Assembly (NCBI RefSeq): GCF_001194135.2
Contig: NC_068982.1
Coordinates: forward strand, 9,857,998-9,912,479
From: Octopus bimaculoides
Taxonomy: Eukaryota
Direction: 5' to 3'
Length of the DNA: 54,482 nt
The position numbers and the translations under genes were made by a program. Position 1 is the first letter of the stretch. Each line of letters starts with the position of its first letter. The notes under the pieces were generated by a model. It ran no database searches, was not told the DNA's origin, and saw only the letters and a list, made by a program, of their open reading frames with translations. Shown one piece after another: positions 25,041 through 38,529 of this stretch.

Positions 25041-25230
25041 NNNNNNNNNNNNNNNNNNNNNNNNNNNNNNNNNNNNNNGCTAGAGTAGAAGGCTAGAGTA
25101 GAAGGCTAGAGTAGAAAGCTAGAGTAGAAGGCTAGAGTAGAAGGCTAGAGTAGAAGGTGCCACACAGTGGGACTGTAGCCAGAACCATGTGGTTGGGAAG
25201 CAAGCTTCTGACCACACAGCCACACCTATT
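24820..25230 (-). mobile_element. SINE family A with an internal 13-bp tandem expansion
   Basis: 3' half at 24820-25010, then a gap, then (gctagagtagaag)x6 running into gtgccacacagtggg of the head. Confidence 0.75.
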
Positions 25231-25312
25231 AGACTATGGCCGTGCTGGAGTACTGCCTTGAAGAATTGTTTTACTTGAATGAATTGAATCCATTACTTAG
25301 TTTTTCTTTTAA

Positions 25313-25482
25313 CCCTTGTGTTACCATATTTCTGTTGAGATGCTCTGTTTTTCTTTCAATTAATTTTAAATATAACAAAGAATTTAGTAAAATAATTTAG
25401 TTATCGTTAAGCTAGTGTTAGGAACATAAACTGTGACTAAGGTTTGGTGGAAGATTTTAATTTAGAACATATGTAAACAAGA
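25313..25482 (+). mobile_element. Truncated copy of the ~220-bp MITE
   Basis: ttaa|cccttgtgttaccatatttctgttgagatg..., matching 13834 onward. Confidence 0.75.
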
Positions 25483-25699
25483 CTTAGGTTCAAGTAAGTG
25501 AACATCAATAAAAGGCTTTCAAGTCATCACCATCTTGCTTTTATTTATGTGTTTATTTGTTTATATCTATGACAGGAATTGCATTATCCAATAGGCCTTT
25601 TGTATGCACGCATCCACTTTTTCAATTCCTTGATCTGATCCTTTGTAGAAGGGTCAGTTTCTAAACAAGAGAGAAATAGCTATTAGAGTTTAAACATAA

Positions 25700-25837
25700 C
25701 AAGTGCCGATATGGTTGTGTGGTAAGAAGCTTGCTTCCCAACCATACGGTTCTGTGTTCAGTCTTACTGTGTGGCATCTTGGGCAAGCCATGTGAGTGGA
25801 TTTGGTGGGTGGAAACTGAAAGAAGCACATCGTATAT

Positions 25838-25874
<37 letters not shown>

Positions 25875-26085
25875 GTCTTTATATCTGTGTTTGTGCTCAG
25901 CACTTCTTGACAACTGGTGTTAGTAAAATTACATTCCCTCATAACTTAGTGGTTTGGCAAAAGAGACTGATAGAATAAGTACCAGGTTTATCAAAAATTA
26001 AGTACTGGAGGTTCGATTAATTTCACTAAAAATTCTTCAAGGCAGTACCCCAGCATGGCCACAGTCTAATTGCTGAAACAATTAA
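25700..26085 (+). mobile_element. SINE family A, near full length
   Basis: Runs from the head (tggttgtgtggtaagaagcttgcttcccaacc) to the 3' end (ccagcatggccacagtctaattgctgaaac). Confidence 0.8.
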
Positions 26086-26602
26086 GAGAAACAGTGAATT
26101 GGCAAGCAGGCAGAAACATTAGCTTGCTGGGCAAAAGGCTTATTTTTTACACTCTGACTCTCTCGTTTATATTTCAAAGTTGAAGTTTATGTTTTACAGC
26201 AGAAAATGTATTTTAACTATTCTCAGTGCATTTTCGACTTCTATTCCCCCCACCACCACCACACACACACACACACATATGGTTCTTTAAAAGTAATTCA
26301 AAGAATAAAAGGCCAGCAAATTACTTGTCCATAATAAGCTTCGAGATCATGTCTTTGTATTTATTAACAGTTTTGATGGCAATGCTCAACAAACATTCTT
26401 TATATGGAAAAGTGAGAAAGAACTCAACTTCTGTAGAATTTTTCTTCTAATATTTGTCTCACATGAGACAGTGAACAGGCAGAGTCGTTAGCACAGCAGG
26501 CAAAAATACTTGCTGTCATTTCATATCTTTACATTCTGAGTTCATTTGAGATTATTATTATTATTATCATTATTATTATTATTATCATTATTATTATTAT
26601 TA

Positions 26603-27250
26603 CTATGAAGGTGGTGAGCTGGCTGTTTTCTGCAAGTGCTCCATCCTTATTGCAGCCCCTATTTGTTTCATGGACTTCTCAAGATTTTTAAGCACTGTTT
26701 CTAGGACTCCGACAATTATTGGTACCGCTACCACCTTTTTCAGCAGCCACAATTGCTTAACCTCCCAAGCTACCCTGTAATATCTATCGACTTTTCTTTC
26801 TTCCTTATCACATACCTTGTTGTCAGCAGGGCATGCTATATCTATGATCCAACATTGTTTGCTTTCTTTTTCAATTAACACTATGTTTAGTTTCCTATTT
26901 TCTATCTCATGGTCACACATAAAATCCCATAGGATCTTTGCATTATCATTTTAAAAGATGCCTTTGGGCTTATGCTCATACCACTTTTTTGCTGTCAAAT
27001 CCATACTTGTTGCAAAGTTTCCAAAGGACAATCCTTGCTATATTGTCATGACATCTCTTATATTCTTTCTAGGCTAGTGGCACACATTGGCTGGTAATAT
27101 GCCATATGTTTTCACCATTTTGTCCACAAATTCTGCACCTATTATTTTCTGATGTGTTGTCTATTCTGTATTTGATGTAATCGGTTCTTAATGCTTGCTC
27201 TTGGACAGCAGAGATTAGAGCCTCCATTTCCAATTTTAAATCACTTTTAA
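26603..27250 (-). mobile_element. R4/Dong-like LINE fragment (CCHC + REL endonuclease)
   Basis: ORF 26603-26920 (NIVLIEKESKQCWIIDIACPADNKVCDKEERKVDRY...VPIIVGVLETV...LQKTA) fits the PD-(D/E)xK restriction-like endonuclease of R2/R4-type elements. A zinc-knuckle remnant lies upstream, and (TTA)n tracts lie on both sides. Confidence 0.85.
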
Positions 27251-27295
27251 ATCAATTATTATTATTATTATTATTACTATTATTATTATTATTAA

Positions 27296-27495
27296 GGCAG
27301 TGAGCTGGCACATTGTTATCATACCAGACAAAATGCTTGGCAGCATTTCTTTGTTCTAACAACGTTAAGGTCAACTTTGCCTGTCATCCTTTCGGGGGTG
27401 ATAAAATAAGAACCAGTTGCACACTATGGTCAACGTAACTGACATGCCCCTACCCCTGAAACTTCTGGCCTTGAGCCCAAAATTTCAAACCAATA
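27296..27495 (+). mobile_element. tRNA-derived SINE family C (Deu/Nin-like central domain)
   Basis: Head aaggcagtgagctggca, with central ggtcaactttgcctgtcatcctttcgggggtgataaaataagaaccag. Confidence 0.7.
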
Positions 27496-28074
27496 TTTGT
27501 CTTGTGTGATTTTCTAAGTTCATAGCCTTACATATTACTTTAACAAGAACAACATGTTACATAGGAAGGGAACAACTTGATGACACTTCAAGGCAGCTGT
27601 TATATCACGTATAAAGCCTTTCTTTAAAATAGGACAAAACCAACTTAAACAAACATGTTTATATTTATCAATTTCCTATTATATAAACAAATAGTTCATA
27701 TTTATATCAATTTTCCATTGATGTTGTTGTTGTTGTTGTTGTGTTACCCCATTAATGTCTACTTGGAAGACTGTTTACATACTGATGTGATTCAAGGAAT
27801 AGAAGGCCATATTTGAAAAGAGTTGGTTGAGCATCAAACTAGACATCTCATAGTATTTTGAACCAACTACAGCAATCCTTCGATTATTGTAGGTGTTATG
27901 TTCCAAAATCCTCCACAATTACTGAAAATCTGCAAAGTAGAAACAGTACTGCACTGCATATATATTTTTTTTTATTTTCATACTTTGTATATATATATTT
28001 TATCATTATTATTTATTGCCCACAGGAGGCTAAACATAGAGGGGACAAACAAGGACAGACAAAGGGTTTAAGTT

Positions 28075-28240
28075 GATTACATCGACCCCAGCACGTAACT
28101 GGTACTTATTTAATTGACCCCGAAAGGAAGAAAGGCAAAGTCGACCTTGGTGGAATTTGAATTTCGAACATAAAGACAGACGAAATACCACTAAGTATTT
28201 CGCTTGGCATGCTAACGTCTCTGCCAGCTCACTGCCTTAT
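28075..28240 (-). mobile_element. SINE family C
   Basis: Same central block, with the head at ~28235. Confidence 0.75.
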
Positions 28241-28479
28241 TTTATTATAAATGCAAAACAACACCACGGAGGAATCAACGTAAGCTTAAATAATAAACCA
28301 CGATAGGTGAACCATGATATGGCAAGGGATTACGGTAATGGCACACAGAGTTCAAATACCACATTGCTGATTATCCTTTTGCTAATAAACCCTTCTGTTT
28401 ATCCCTTTAGGGATGATAAATAAAATACTGGAATGGAGCAGTAAATGGGCAGAATTTCTCTTTATTTGTTTCAGGCATT

Positions 28480-28930
28480 AGATTATGGCCATGCTGGGGT
28501 ACACCTTAAAGAAATTTTTAGTCAATTGAATTGACCCCAGTACTTTTTTTTTTAAGCCTGGTCCTTATTCTATTGGCCTCTTTTGCTGAAATGCTAAGTT
28601 GCAAGAACAAACAAAACAACATTGGTTGTCATGGAGTGGAGGGGGGCAAACACTATGGCACAAACATGCATGCATACACACACACACACACGATGGGCTT
28701 CTTTCAGTTTCTGTGTACCAAATCCACTCACAAGGCTTTGGTCAACCCAAAGTTTTTAGAAGATAAAATAATGACCAGGTTTAAAAAAGAAAAAACCGAA
28801 GAACTGGGATCATTTCATTTGACTAAAAAATTCTTCAAAGTGTATTCTTAGGTGCAAAACAGTGGGACTGAACCTAAAACCATGTGGTTGGGAAGTAAGC
28901 TTCTTATCACACAGCCACACCTGTGCCTAT
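28480..28930 (-). mobile_element. SINE family A
   Basis: Same diagnostic blocks as 13105-13480. Confidence 0.7.
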
Positions 28931-30021
28931 TTGTTAAAGCATTTGACATGTTGCATTGCACTATCTGGTTTGATTGTTTGCCTTATGATAGCAACACTAT
29001 TACCAAGCTGTATTGGCCCTACAACATCAGTGGTGTAGAGAGAGGACCCTTTTAACAGGTAACTACTGGTCTTCCATAAAAATATAACTATATCTAGGCT
29101 TGCACCATCATCATCATCGTTTAATGTCCGCTTTCCATGCTAGCATGGGTTGGACGGTTTGACTGAGGACTGGTGAAACCAGATGGCTACACCAGGCTCC
29201 ACCCTGAAGAAGAAATTTTCAGGGCAGCTCTATAACTTCACAAGTCATTATTCATTTGTATAAGCCTGGACATAATTGAAAGGATTTTGAGGGAATAACC
29301 AGAGATTTTATACAGACAAGAGAAATACTCAATCTCTTGCACCTAATTGAGAAATCATGCTCTCAGCTCCTTCTAAATCACACTTTTAAATGTTTCATGT
29401 TCACAATAAACCATTGTTTCTTTATTTAATGATTGTTATCATTTTATTTATTTTATTTCTAGTAGCATTGTATTGATGATTGAACAAGGCTATGATTTGC
29501 CCTGCTAATGATGTTAAAATGTATAAAAGGTAAGATATACACCTCTCATCTGTCCATCTAACTTTCCGTAAGTGCTAGGTCTAAATATCACAAATGGAGG
29601 CAGTAGGAGCACTGTTCAGTTGAAGATTGTTTTATTAGCTTGCAATACTACTTTGAAATACATTCAAGTGTGTATGATACAAGGACAATAACAAGTCTCT
29701 TTTAGACTAAATACAATCCATTAGATTAATGTTAACTATTAGGTTAAATGATCCATTAGGCAAAATATCTCACATACTTATGACAAGAAGTAACATTAAT
29801 AAAAGAATTTCAACTATTAAATTGAAAAATCAGAATTCATAACAACATTTTGTCGTAATCTCATTTCCTTCTTCTATTTGTCATTGAATTATCAGATGAA
29901 TAATAATCCAATTCTATATTTCTGAAATGAGGAATTTTTATATCGTGTATTTGTAGGAGTGGTGTCCTTGTCTTGATTGTTGCTTTTACTATGTTTCAGC
30001 TGCGTATGCTATGCTGAAGCC

Positions 30022-30063
30022 TTCATAAGAAGGCTGAAGTATACTCAGCCAAAATGTAGTGAA
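30022..30063 (+). ncRNA. Degenerate minimal hammerhead-like motif (same family as 51278)
   Basis: ttca-taaga-a-ggctg(aagtatact)cagcc-aAAAtGTA-gtgaa. Stem II is perfect, stem I is ttca(c)/gtgaa and the core is partly deleted. The downstream caacactcaagatgagga matches the sequence after 51319. Confidence 0.45.
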
Positions 30064-30094
30064 AGCAACACTCAAGATGAGGAGATCAGTCTAA

Positions 30095-30420
30095 CTGTGG
30101 TGACCCCCTTCGGTCATGACTGACCATGGGATTGCACCTAGAAAGTTAACCTCCAAGGTGCAAGACCGGGCAAGCTGTCGCCCATGCATACCAGCCTCCC
30201 CTCTCCACACCACCGGTGTTATCCAAGGGAAAGGCAAAGGGGCCGATACAGCTTGGCACCTGTGATGTCGCAACTCATTTCTACAGCTGAGTGAACTGGA
30301 GCAACGTGAAATAAAGTGTCTTGCTCAAGAACAGAACACGCAGCCCTGTCTGGGATTCAAACTCATAACCTCATGGTCGTAAGATCGATGCTCTGACCAC
30401 TGAGCCATGCGTCTTCACCT
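30095..30420 (-). mobile_element. tRNA-derived SINE family D variant
   Basis: The minus-strand head has tggctcagtgg (A box) and gagtttgaatccc (B box). Its 3' part matches 22645-22772 in inverted orientation. Confidence 0.75.
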
Positions 30421-30498
30421 CAGTCTAACTAATACATAATAGAAATGATAATCGCTTTGCTACTTGCATTGTTTCCCATTAAAAATCCTACTATTTAA

Positions 30499-31190
30499 CC
30501 CTTTAGCATTAAAACTGGCCACATCCGGCCAAAATATTCCACCTTCTTTATGTTCTACCTGGCCAAATCTAGCCCCTCACACCAACTCTACAATGTTATT
30601 CTAAAAATAGACTATCATATCATTGCAATCCTGAAGCTACAAGATAGTTTGTGGTTAATTCAAAACAAGACCTGTCAAGCCAAGGGAAATTGTAGTCGTG
30701 GCTGATGCTGGTGTCACATAAGTGGGACCCGTACCGGTGGCACATAAAACCCACCTTCCAAGCATTGGAGATTCATAGAGGCAAAGTGGCTGAGATCCTT
30801 TCGAGTGTTGGGCCTCACAAAGGTAACGACTGAGACATTTGGCATTATGTCATGCTTGAGAAGGAGACCCATCAAGCCAAGTGAAATTGCAGTAATGACA
30901 GATAATGGTGTCATGCCAGTGGCACCCATGCCAGTGGCACGTAAAAGCGCCCAGTACATTCTATAAAGTGGTTGGAGTTAGGAAGAGCATCAGGCCATAG
31001 AAAACCATGCCAAATCAGACTGGAGTTTGGGGCAGCCTTCCAGCTTCCCAGCCTTGGTCAAACCATCCAAACCATGCCAGCATGAACAACAGTTGTTAAA
31101 TGATGATGATGATAATGATGATGATGATGATGAAAATGAATGTGAACAAATAAGCATTGCGTTATACAGAAGAATCCGAATGCTAAAAGG
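30499..31190. mobile_element. TTAA-flanked MITE (piggyBac-like) carrying a nested SINE
   Basis: TTAA|ccctttagcatt ... aatgctaaaagg|TTAA. A (GAT)n-tailed SINE occupies ~30670-31135. Confidence 0.75.
30670..31135 (+). mobile_element. Family B, long copy nested in a TTAA MITE
   Basis: Ends catgccagcatgaacaacagttgttaaat(gat)n. The host MITE sequence resumes at ~31141. Confidence 0.75.
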
Positions 31191-31579
31191 TTAAAGATAA
31201 ATTACTTGGATGATTTCATAGCTTATCATATCTAACATTCATCCAATATCTACACCTAACTTTATTAATACATTTTCTATTTCACAGCAATTAATTTCTT
31301 TATTCCATTCTCCATATTGTTTTGAGATGTTGTTTTACTTCACTTAGACGTATTTTACAGACCTTTTCATTCACATTCCTTTCCAGCTCTTTTGTTTTTT
31401 TTAAAGTTATTTTCATGTGCCTTTATTGTTTTTCATTTTATTCATTTTCGTACTATAACGCCTGCCTTTATAACAAATAACATAGTGGTAAAAATTCTTC
31501 AAAAAACATACATATACATATTTAAATCTGTAATAATATTATTTTCATCTGGATTGTAACACTGAAGCATTATTTCAAG

Positions 31580-32350
31580 CAGAGAAACGATCTCAGTAGC
31601 TGTCTTGCTTAAGTTTATAAACATGGAAGTGATGACCTTGTTAGGACAGCAGCAAATAAACTTGAGAAGAAATATGGAATAAAATCTTACACTGATTTCT
31701 CCCTAAGGAACATTTACAAATTTTACATGACACAGCAACAAAAACATAGACTAGACTGGTTCACAAAGGAGGGTGTACATGGTTACTTGAAAAGAAAAAA
31801 CAAAAACCATGGAGGGAATGAGCCACACTAAAAGCCTGCCTTTTTATTACTGACATGTTAATAACATCTACGTCCATGCAATTCAGAAGCAAGTTATCCC
31901 CACTAAGTATCTTCTACACAAAAGACAAAACACATCAGCTGACAACAAATGTAGTCTATGCAAAATTAAACTGAAGATATTAGCCACATCATTGCCAACT
32001 GTGATAAAATGTCCTCAAAATACTACCTACTCCATATGAGGCATGATGTGGTAGCCAGAGCAATCTGGAATAAAATAAGAAATAAAAAGATACAACAACC
32101 AGTTAAGACAAACATACTGTGACCAGTGAATCAAAAAGAATTAAAAGCAGTTAAAACATAACTAATCTTGTATTGTTCTTTAGAACCACAAAATAAAATA
32201 AAAATCGTGCTTTAGTAGAAATTAGTGGTCCACTTGATGCAATTGTGGTAAAAAAATTCTATGAATCACTGATGAGATGTTCGCAAATCTAGTACCCAAA
32301 ATATACTATTAGATATATATTCCTCGTTATTGGAGCAACAGGGTATGTAT
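31580..32350 (+). mobile_element. Decayed REL-type (R4/Dong-like) LINE fragment, different subfamily
   Basis: Remnants: WFTKEGVHGY, HAIQKQVIPTKY, EDISHIIANCDKMSSKYYLLHMRHDVVARAIW, EISGPLD and YPKY...VIGATGY, with frameshifts. Confidence 0.7.
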
Positions 32351-32799
32351 GGACATCCTTGGAGCAATATGAACTTGGTTTCTCTGAGAAAGAGAGTTAG
32401 CTCTATCAGGGGTGACAAAAATCTGGAAGGAAAGAGGTGAGTAAGCTCTACTGGATGTTTAAGGAAACGAAAGGGGACAGATGAACTGCAAAAGAATTGG
32501 TATTCAAAGGAATCAGCTGTAGAGTGCAAGAAAATAGGATGAGGCTGCTGTGATTAAGTAAAGCTAATGATGGATGACTGTTGAATGAATAAACAAAAGA
32601 AAAAGGACATGAAATTCTCCAAGTGGAAAGAAATTTGCAGAAGAGGATGTGAGAAGAAGAGAGAGATATTGGATGATATGAATGAGATGCCAAAAATGTT
32701 GACATGTAATACACACACATCATGGATATGAATACATACAAAAATGGATGTGAGATAGACAGACAGACAGATGAACAGATAAATTGACAGTGGCTTTTA

Positions 32800-32970
32800 G
32801 TTGTTTCAATCATTAGATTGTGGCCATTCTGGAGTACAGCCTTGAAAAATTTCAGTTGAATGAATTGAAGCCAGTACTTTGTTTTCTTTAAAGCCAGGCA
32901 CATATTCTGTCAGCATCTTTTTGCTGAACTGCTAGTTACAGGGATGTAAACACACCAACACCTTCACACA

Positions 32971-33003
<33 letters not shown>

Positions 33004-33081
33004 NNNNNNNNNNNNNNNNNNNNNNNNNNNNNNNNNNNNNNNNNNNNNNNNNNNNNNNNNNNNNNNNNNNNNNNNNNNNNN

Positions 33082-33113
<32 letters not shown>

Positions 33114-33270
33114 CAACAAACTTCTCTCAGTTTCTGTCAGCCAGATCCACTCGGAAGGTTTTGGTCAGCCCAAGGCTTATACTAGACACTTGCCCCAGAT
33201 GCTATGCAGTGAAACTGAACCCAGAACCATATGGCTGGGAAGCAAGCTTCTTACCACGCAGCCACACCTA
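32800..33270 (-). mobile_element. SINE family A spanning a gap
   Basis: 3' half before the 33004-33081 gap and head after it. Confidence 0.7.
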
Positions 33271-35308
33271 CATGTATGCTAAGAAACCACACTGATGTGA
33301 ATTATATTTAAGCAGCAAAAGTACTCAATATTATCAAGAAAACTGGAATCACATTATTTATTCAACATTTAATCTCCATAAATTGTGACATGAAGTTTCT
33401 CATTGTTAGACCCCAGGGATTGAAATACCCCAAGGAAGTTACTCAAGTAGATACATCTGTCTGTCCGTCTGTCCAGGTGTATGTCTCAAAATTCCATTTC
33501 TCAACCGTATGTTTTCAGGTTCTGTCCCACTGCATAACAACTTTGTTTTCTGTTGCAGCCCGAGACCAAATGAAGCCTCATAAGTGGATTTCATAGATAA
33601 AAACTGAAAGAAGCCCATCACAAATATATATATTATGAATTTTTGGTTTGTCCACTTTTCCCACTTCCAACCTGTGTATATTTAAGTGAATTTTATAGTG
33701 ATTGGATGTATTCAGTGTCTATTTCTAGAATATAGGCACAGTGACCCCTGTGCCCTTAATTATAATTGTATTTTATATAAGTATATATCTCTATATATGA
33801 ATTTTACCTGAAAACTTTTTTATATGCTGGCCACTGATAAAATTCATTGATTTTAATGATTTTTATCCTTTAACTATGTTTATATATATATTTCTCAAGC
33901 ATCAAACTAATACACTTGCTTGTTGTTCGTATACCTGTCTTTGTCTTTTGTTAATGTATATTTCCTTACATAAGTTGTTTAGGAATCCTAAAATATTTCA
34001 GAGAAAATTCCATTTTGTCTGACACAGTCGAAACTCAACAGCCCTGGTAATATTATTTTACCTTTTTTATCACATTTTCTAAATGATAAAAATCTTACCA
34101 ATACAGACCACAACCAGTCTTCTTAGATTCTGTTTTATTATATGAACTTTCATATATATTTTCATACATACACATTCATTACATGTGTCTATATTTATAT
34201 AGATATGCCTCAATGTGAAGTGTGTTGGTGTGTGTGTGTGTGTGTGTATACATGTGTGTGTGTGTTTAGCATTCAATTCTACCCCCTTCAGACTTTACCC
34301 ATTTTCATTCAGATACTCAGATATGTAACTGTTTTACTCTATTTCTATAGATAAATTCTTTTCGTACCATATCTACCTCCTGCAAAGTGTTCAACCTATT
34401 TTATTTTCTAATATATATACAAAAACCCATACATATACACACACACATATATATATATATACACACACACACACGTTTTATACACATATACACACTCACA
34501 TCCATGAAGTAAAATAAACGTAAACAGTTTCTAGATCAATTTCCTTTTTTTTCAATTTCTGTTAAAGGAAAATAGCTTTTTTTTTTCTTTATCATCTATT
34601 TTGTGTTATTGATTGGACCGGCAGAATTTTCTTTCCCTCAAGAGTCTCTAAATACACATGGAGTTAATAACATCTGGCTTTAAATACAATTTAGAGCAAT
34701 TCTCAGTGAAAAGCAAGTCAAGTTATTTCTCTTTGAGATTATAAGAAGAATAATGACAGTCTTATACAGAGAACTAAATTACATTCCTGTAGTTCAAACG
34801 TATGAGAAATGTCATGTCTATCCAAAACACAATCATCGGTCAATTCTTTGATTTAAACCCCCGACAAATTTCTTCATTCCATTTTACATGAGCTTGACTA
34901 TATGTTAACTTATTTTTTTTTTGTTTATCTCTTTGATATTTTTATTTATCAAATCTAAACTAACCATATTTTGTGTCCAAGACTTGTGATTTCTTTTTAT
35001 ATCTATTTTATTATTGTAGTTTGTGAAGAATAGTATTGCTGATTGAAGGTTCCAAACAGACCAATCACAATTTGACCGCTTCTCTGACAGCAAAAGTAAT
35101 AAACAAACAATCACTGGACTTTTAGGTTTCCAGTTTATTTGTTTTTTGGGTTTTTTTTTTTGTCAATTCTATTTCTTTCCTTTTTGCCAACGATTTATAT
35201 CCTTCACAGATGTATATCAGTAGAAGATTTCACAAACACACACACACATCTTTGTGAGAATCGTTGGCGATTTTGCTCCTCTATCTTTCTTTCTATTGGA
35301 CTTTCCTC

Positions 35309-35346
35309 TGGTTCTGAAGAAGAGCATTGTTCGAAACTTTAAACCA
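35309..35346 (+). ncRNA. Hammerhead-like motif with a decayed cleavage site
   Basis: tggtt-CTGAAGA-a-gagc(att)gttc-GAAAC-ttta-aacca. Both core strands are intact and stem I is tggtt/aacca, but the stem III/cleavage triplet is mutated. Confidence 0.5.
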
Positions 35347-35469
35347 ACTTTCTTTCCTTCCTTGAGTGCCTGGTAATACAATACTTTACATGTACCACAT
35401 CCTCGCATTGTTGTTTTTTGTGCTTGTTCTTCTTGTTTGGGATTTACTATATATATATATATATATATA

Positions 35470-36108
35470 TAAGACCTGATAAGCCAGGTGAGACCATAGC
35501 CCATAGCCTATGCCAGTAGGTGTAACCAGCCCACTTATGAGTACCCCTCGTTCATTGGACAATGAACTTTGCTTGTGAAGACCTATTGAGGCAAGTGTAA
35601 ACAAATCAAAATCACTGGCGTGGCTGATGACAGTTCCACCTGATTGGCACTCATGCCAGTGGAATGTTAAAAGCACCTTCTGAGCGTGATCGTTGCCAGG
35701 GCCACTGACTGGTACCTATGCCAGTGGCATGTAAAAAGCACCATTCGAGTGTGATCATTGCCAGTGCCACCTTACTGGCAATTGTGCTGGTGGCACGTGA
35801 AAAGCAACATTCAAACATGGTCATTGCCAGTGTCACCAGACTGGCTCCTGTACAGGTGGCACGTAAAAAAACACCATTTGAGCATGGTCGTTGCCAGTAC
35901 CACCTGACTGACCATCGTGCCGGTGGCACGTAAAAGCACCCATTACACTCTCGGAGTGGTTGGCATTAGGAAGGGCATCCAGCTGTAGAAACATGCCAAA
36001 TCAGATTGGAGCCTTGTGTAGCCATCTGGTTCACCAGTCCTCAGTCAAATCGTCCAACCCATGCTAGCATGGAAAGCGGACGTTAAACAACGACAATGAT
36101 GATGATGA
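35470..36108 (+). mobile_element. Family B, long copy with a ~65-bp internal tandem array
   Basis: Unit starts at 35653, 35718, 35784, 35850 and 35917, followed by the standard 3' end. Confidence 0.8.
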
Positions 36109-36472
36109 TATATATACATATATATATATATGTATATATNNNNNNNNNNNNNNNNNNNNNNNNNNNNNNNNNNNNNNNNNNNNNNNNNNNNNNNNNNNNN
36201 NNNNNNNNNNNNNNNNNNNNNNNNNNNNNNNNNNNNNNNNNNNNNNNNNNNNNNNNNNNNNNNNNNNNNNNNNNNNNNNNNNNNNNNNNNNNNNNNNNNN
36301 NNNNNNNNNNNNNNNNNNNNNNNNNNNNNNNNNNNNNNNNNNNNNNNNNNNNNNNNNNNNNNNNNNNNNNNNNNNNNNNNNNNNNNNNNNNNNNNNNNNN
36401 NNNNNNNNNNNNNNNNNNNNNNNNNNNNNNNNNNNNNNNNNNNNNNNNNNNNNNNNNNNNNNNNNNNNNNNN

Positions 36473-36715
36473 GTGCGGGTTGCACATAAAAGACACCATT
36501 TCGAGCGTGGCCGTTTTCGTGCGGGTGACACGTAAAAGCACCCACTACACTCTCTGAGTGGTTGGCGTTAGGAAGGGCATCCAGCTGTAGAAACTCTGCC
36601 AAATCAGACTGGAGCCTGGTGTTGCCATCCGGTTTCACCAGTCCTCAGTCAAATCGTCCAACCCATGCTAGCATGGAAAGCGGACGTTAAACGATGATGA
36701 TGATGATGATGATGA
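36473..36715 (+). mobile_element. Family B copy
   Basis: Standard 3' blocks and a (GAT)n tail. Confidence 0.8.
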
Positions 36716-37392
36716 TATATAGCATTAGTCAATCTATGAATTTTATTCATTTCACTCATACCTGCATTGGTCAGCCTATGGCAAACAGCTGAAAATACTT
36801 CTCAAAGCTACAATAAAGTGGATTTGAACCCAACAGCACATGGTTGTGAAGCAAACTCCTAAACCACATGAACAAGCCTGCAGTTGATGATATAATTTTA
36901 CAATAATCCAAACTTTAAAATGTGTTACATGCATTTTTTTTTTCTATAATATCTTCACTGAAGCACATCGAATTAGACTGGAGTTATTGACCGCTAACAA
37001 AAATACAAAAATGAATTGAAATAGAAAAAGCTTATGAGTAGGAGACACTGAAACAATACATTTATGGTGTATGCTTTGAGGCATTGCAGCTATACGTAGT
37101 TAAGAGCAATGAGGGGAAATATTGTTAAGTTTTCTTGTATTTTTTATCTTTTATTTCTTTCAGTCAGTTGACTGCGGCCATGCTGGGGCAATGCTTTAAA
37201 GGGTTTTAATCAAACAAATCAAGCCCGGAACTTCGTTTTTTTTTTTGTTTTTGTTTTTTTTAAGCCTGGTGTTTATTCTGTTGGGCTCTTTCTACTGAAC
37301 TACCAAGTTACAGGGATATAAACACACCAACACCGGTTATCAAATGGTGATGGGGGACAAACACAGACATAAAGACACACACACATAGTTAT

Positions 37393-37475
<83 letters not shown>

Positions 37476-37489
37476 TATATATATCCCCT

Positions 37490-37810
<321 letters not shown>

Positions 37811-37819
37811 ATGTATATG

Positions 37820-38230
37820 TTCTTTTATTAGTTTCAGTCATTTGACTGTGGCCATGCTGGATCACCACCTTTAGTCGAGGAAATCAACCCCAGGACTTAT
37901 TCTTTGTAATCCTAGTACTTATTCTATTGGTCTCTTTTGCTGAACCACTAAGTTAGAGGGATGTAAACACACCACCATTGGTTGTCAAGTGATGTTAGAG
38001 GGACAAACACAGATACACAAACATATACATACATATATATATAAGACGGGCTTCTTTCAGTTTCTATCAACCAAATCCACTCACAAGGCTTTGGTTGGCC
38101 CAAGGCTATAGTAGAAGACACTTGCCCAAGGTGCCACAAAGTGGGTCTGAACCCGGAACCATGTGTTTGGTAAGCAAGCTGACAGGCTTCTTTCAGTCTA
38201 CATTCACCAAATCCACTCAAAAGGCTCTGA
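37820..38230 (-). mobile_element. SINE family A
   Basis: Near full length, with a short second head fragment at ~38185-38230. Confidence 0.8.
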
Positions 38231-38529
38231 TTAAAGAAGTAAACTCTGTGATTCCATGAATGGTATTTTGCAAGTCCAAAAGTTATTTTGCAGCATCAGG
38301 TTGATTTACACATGGAAGTCTTGCCTTTATGCATTTATATTAAAGAAACATACATAAAGCAATACAGCTCATTCCAAATATAAATTTATTTCTAGCATTT
38401 AGAAATCTATAAATTAAGTAACCAACTGAAACGCTTTTCAATCCAAACCTCAACTAAATAGAGTCACTTCAGTTTTAAGTTTTCTAATTTTATTCATTGA
38501 ATAGTTTTCTACTATTTGCTGCTGTCCTA

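Noticed and set aside
29202-29225. ccctgaagaagaaattttcaggg
   Set aside because: It is a simple hairpin with no GAAA strand or cleavage triplet. Similar partial matches at ~39780 and ~43905 were also rejected.
32266-32300. CTGATGA-gat..atc hairpin
   Set aside because: It lacks GAAA and lies within a LINE endonuclease remnant.
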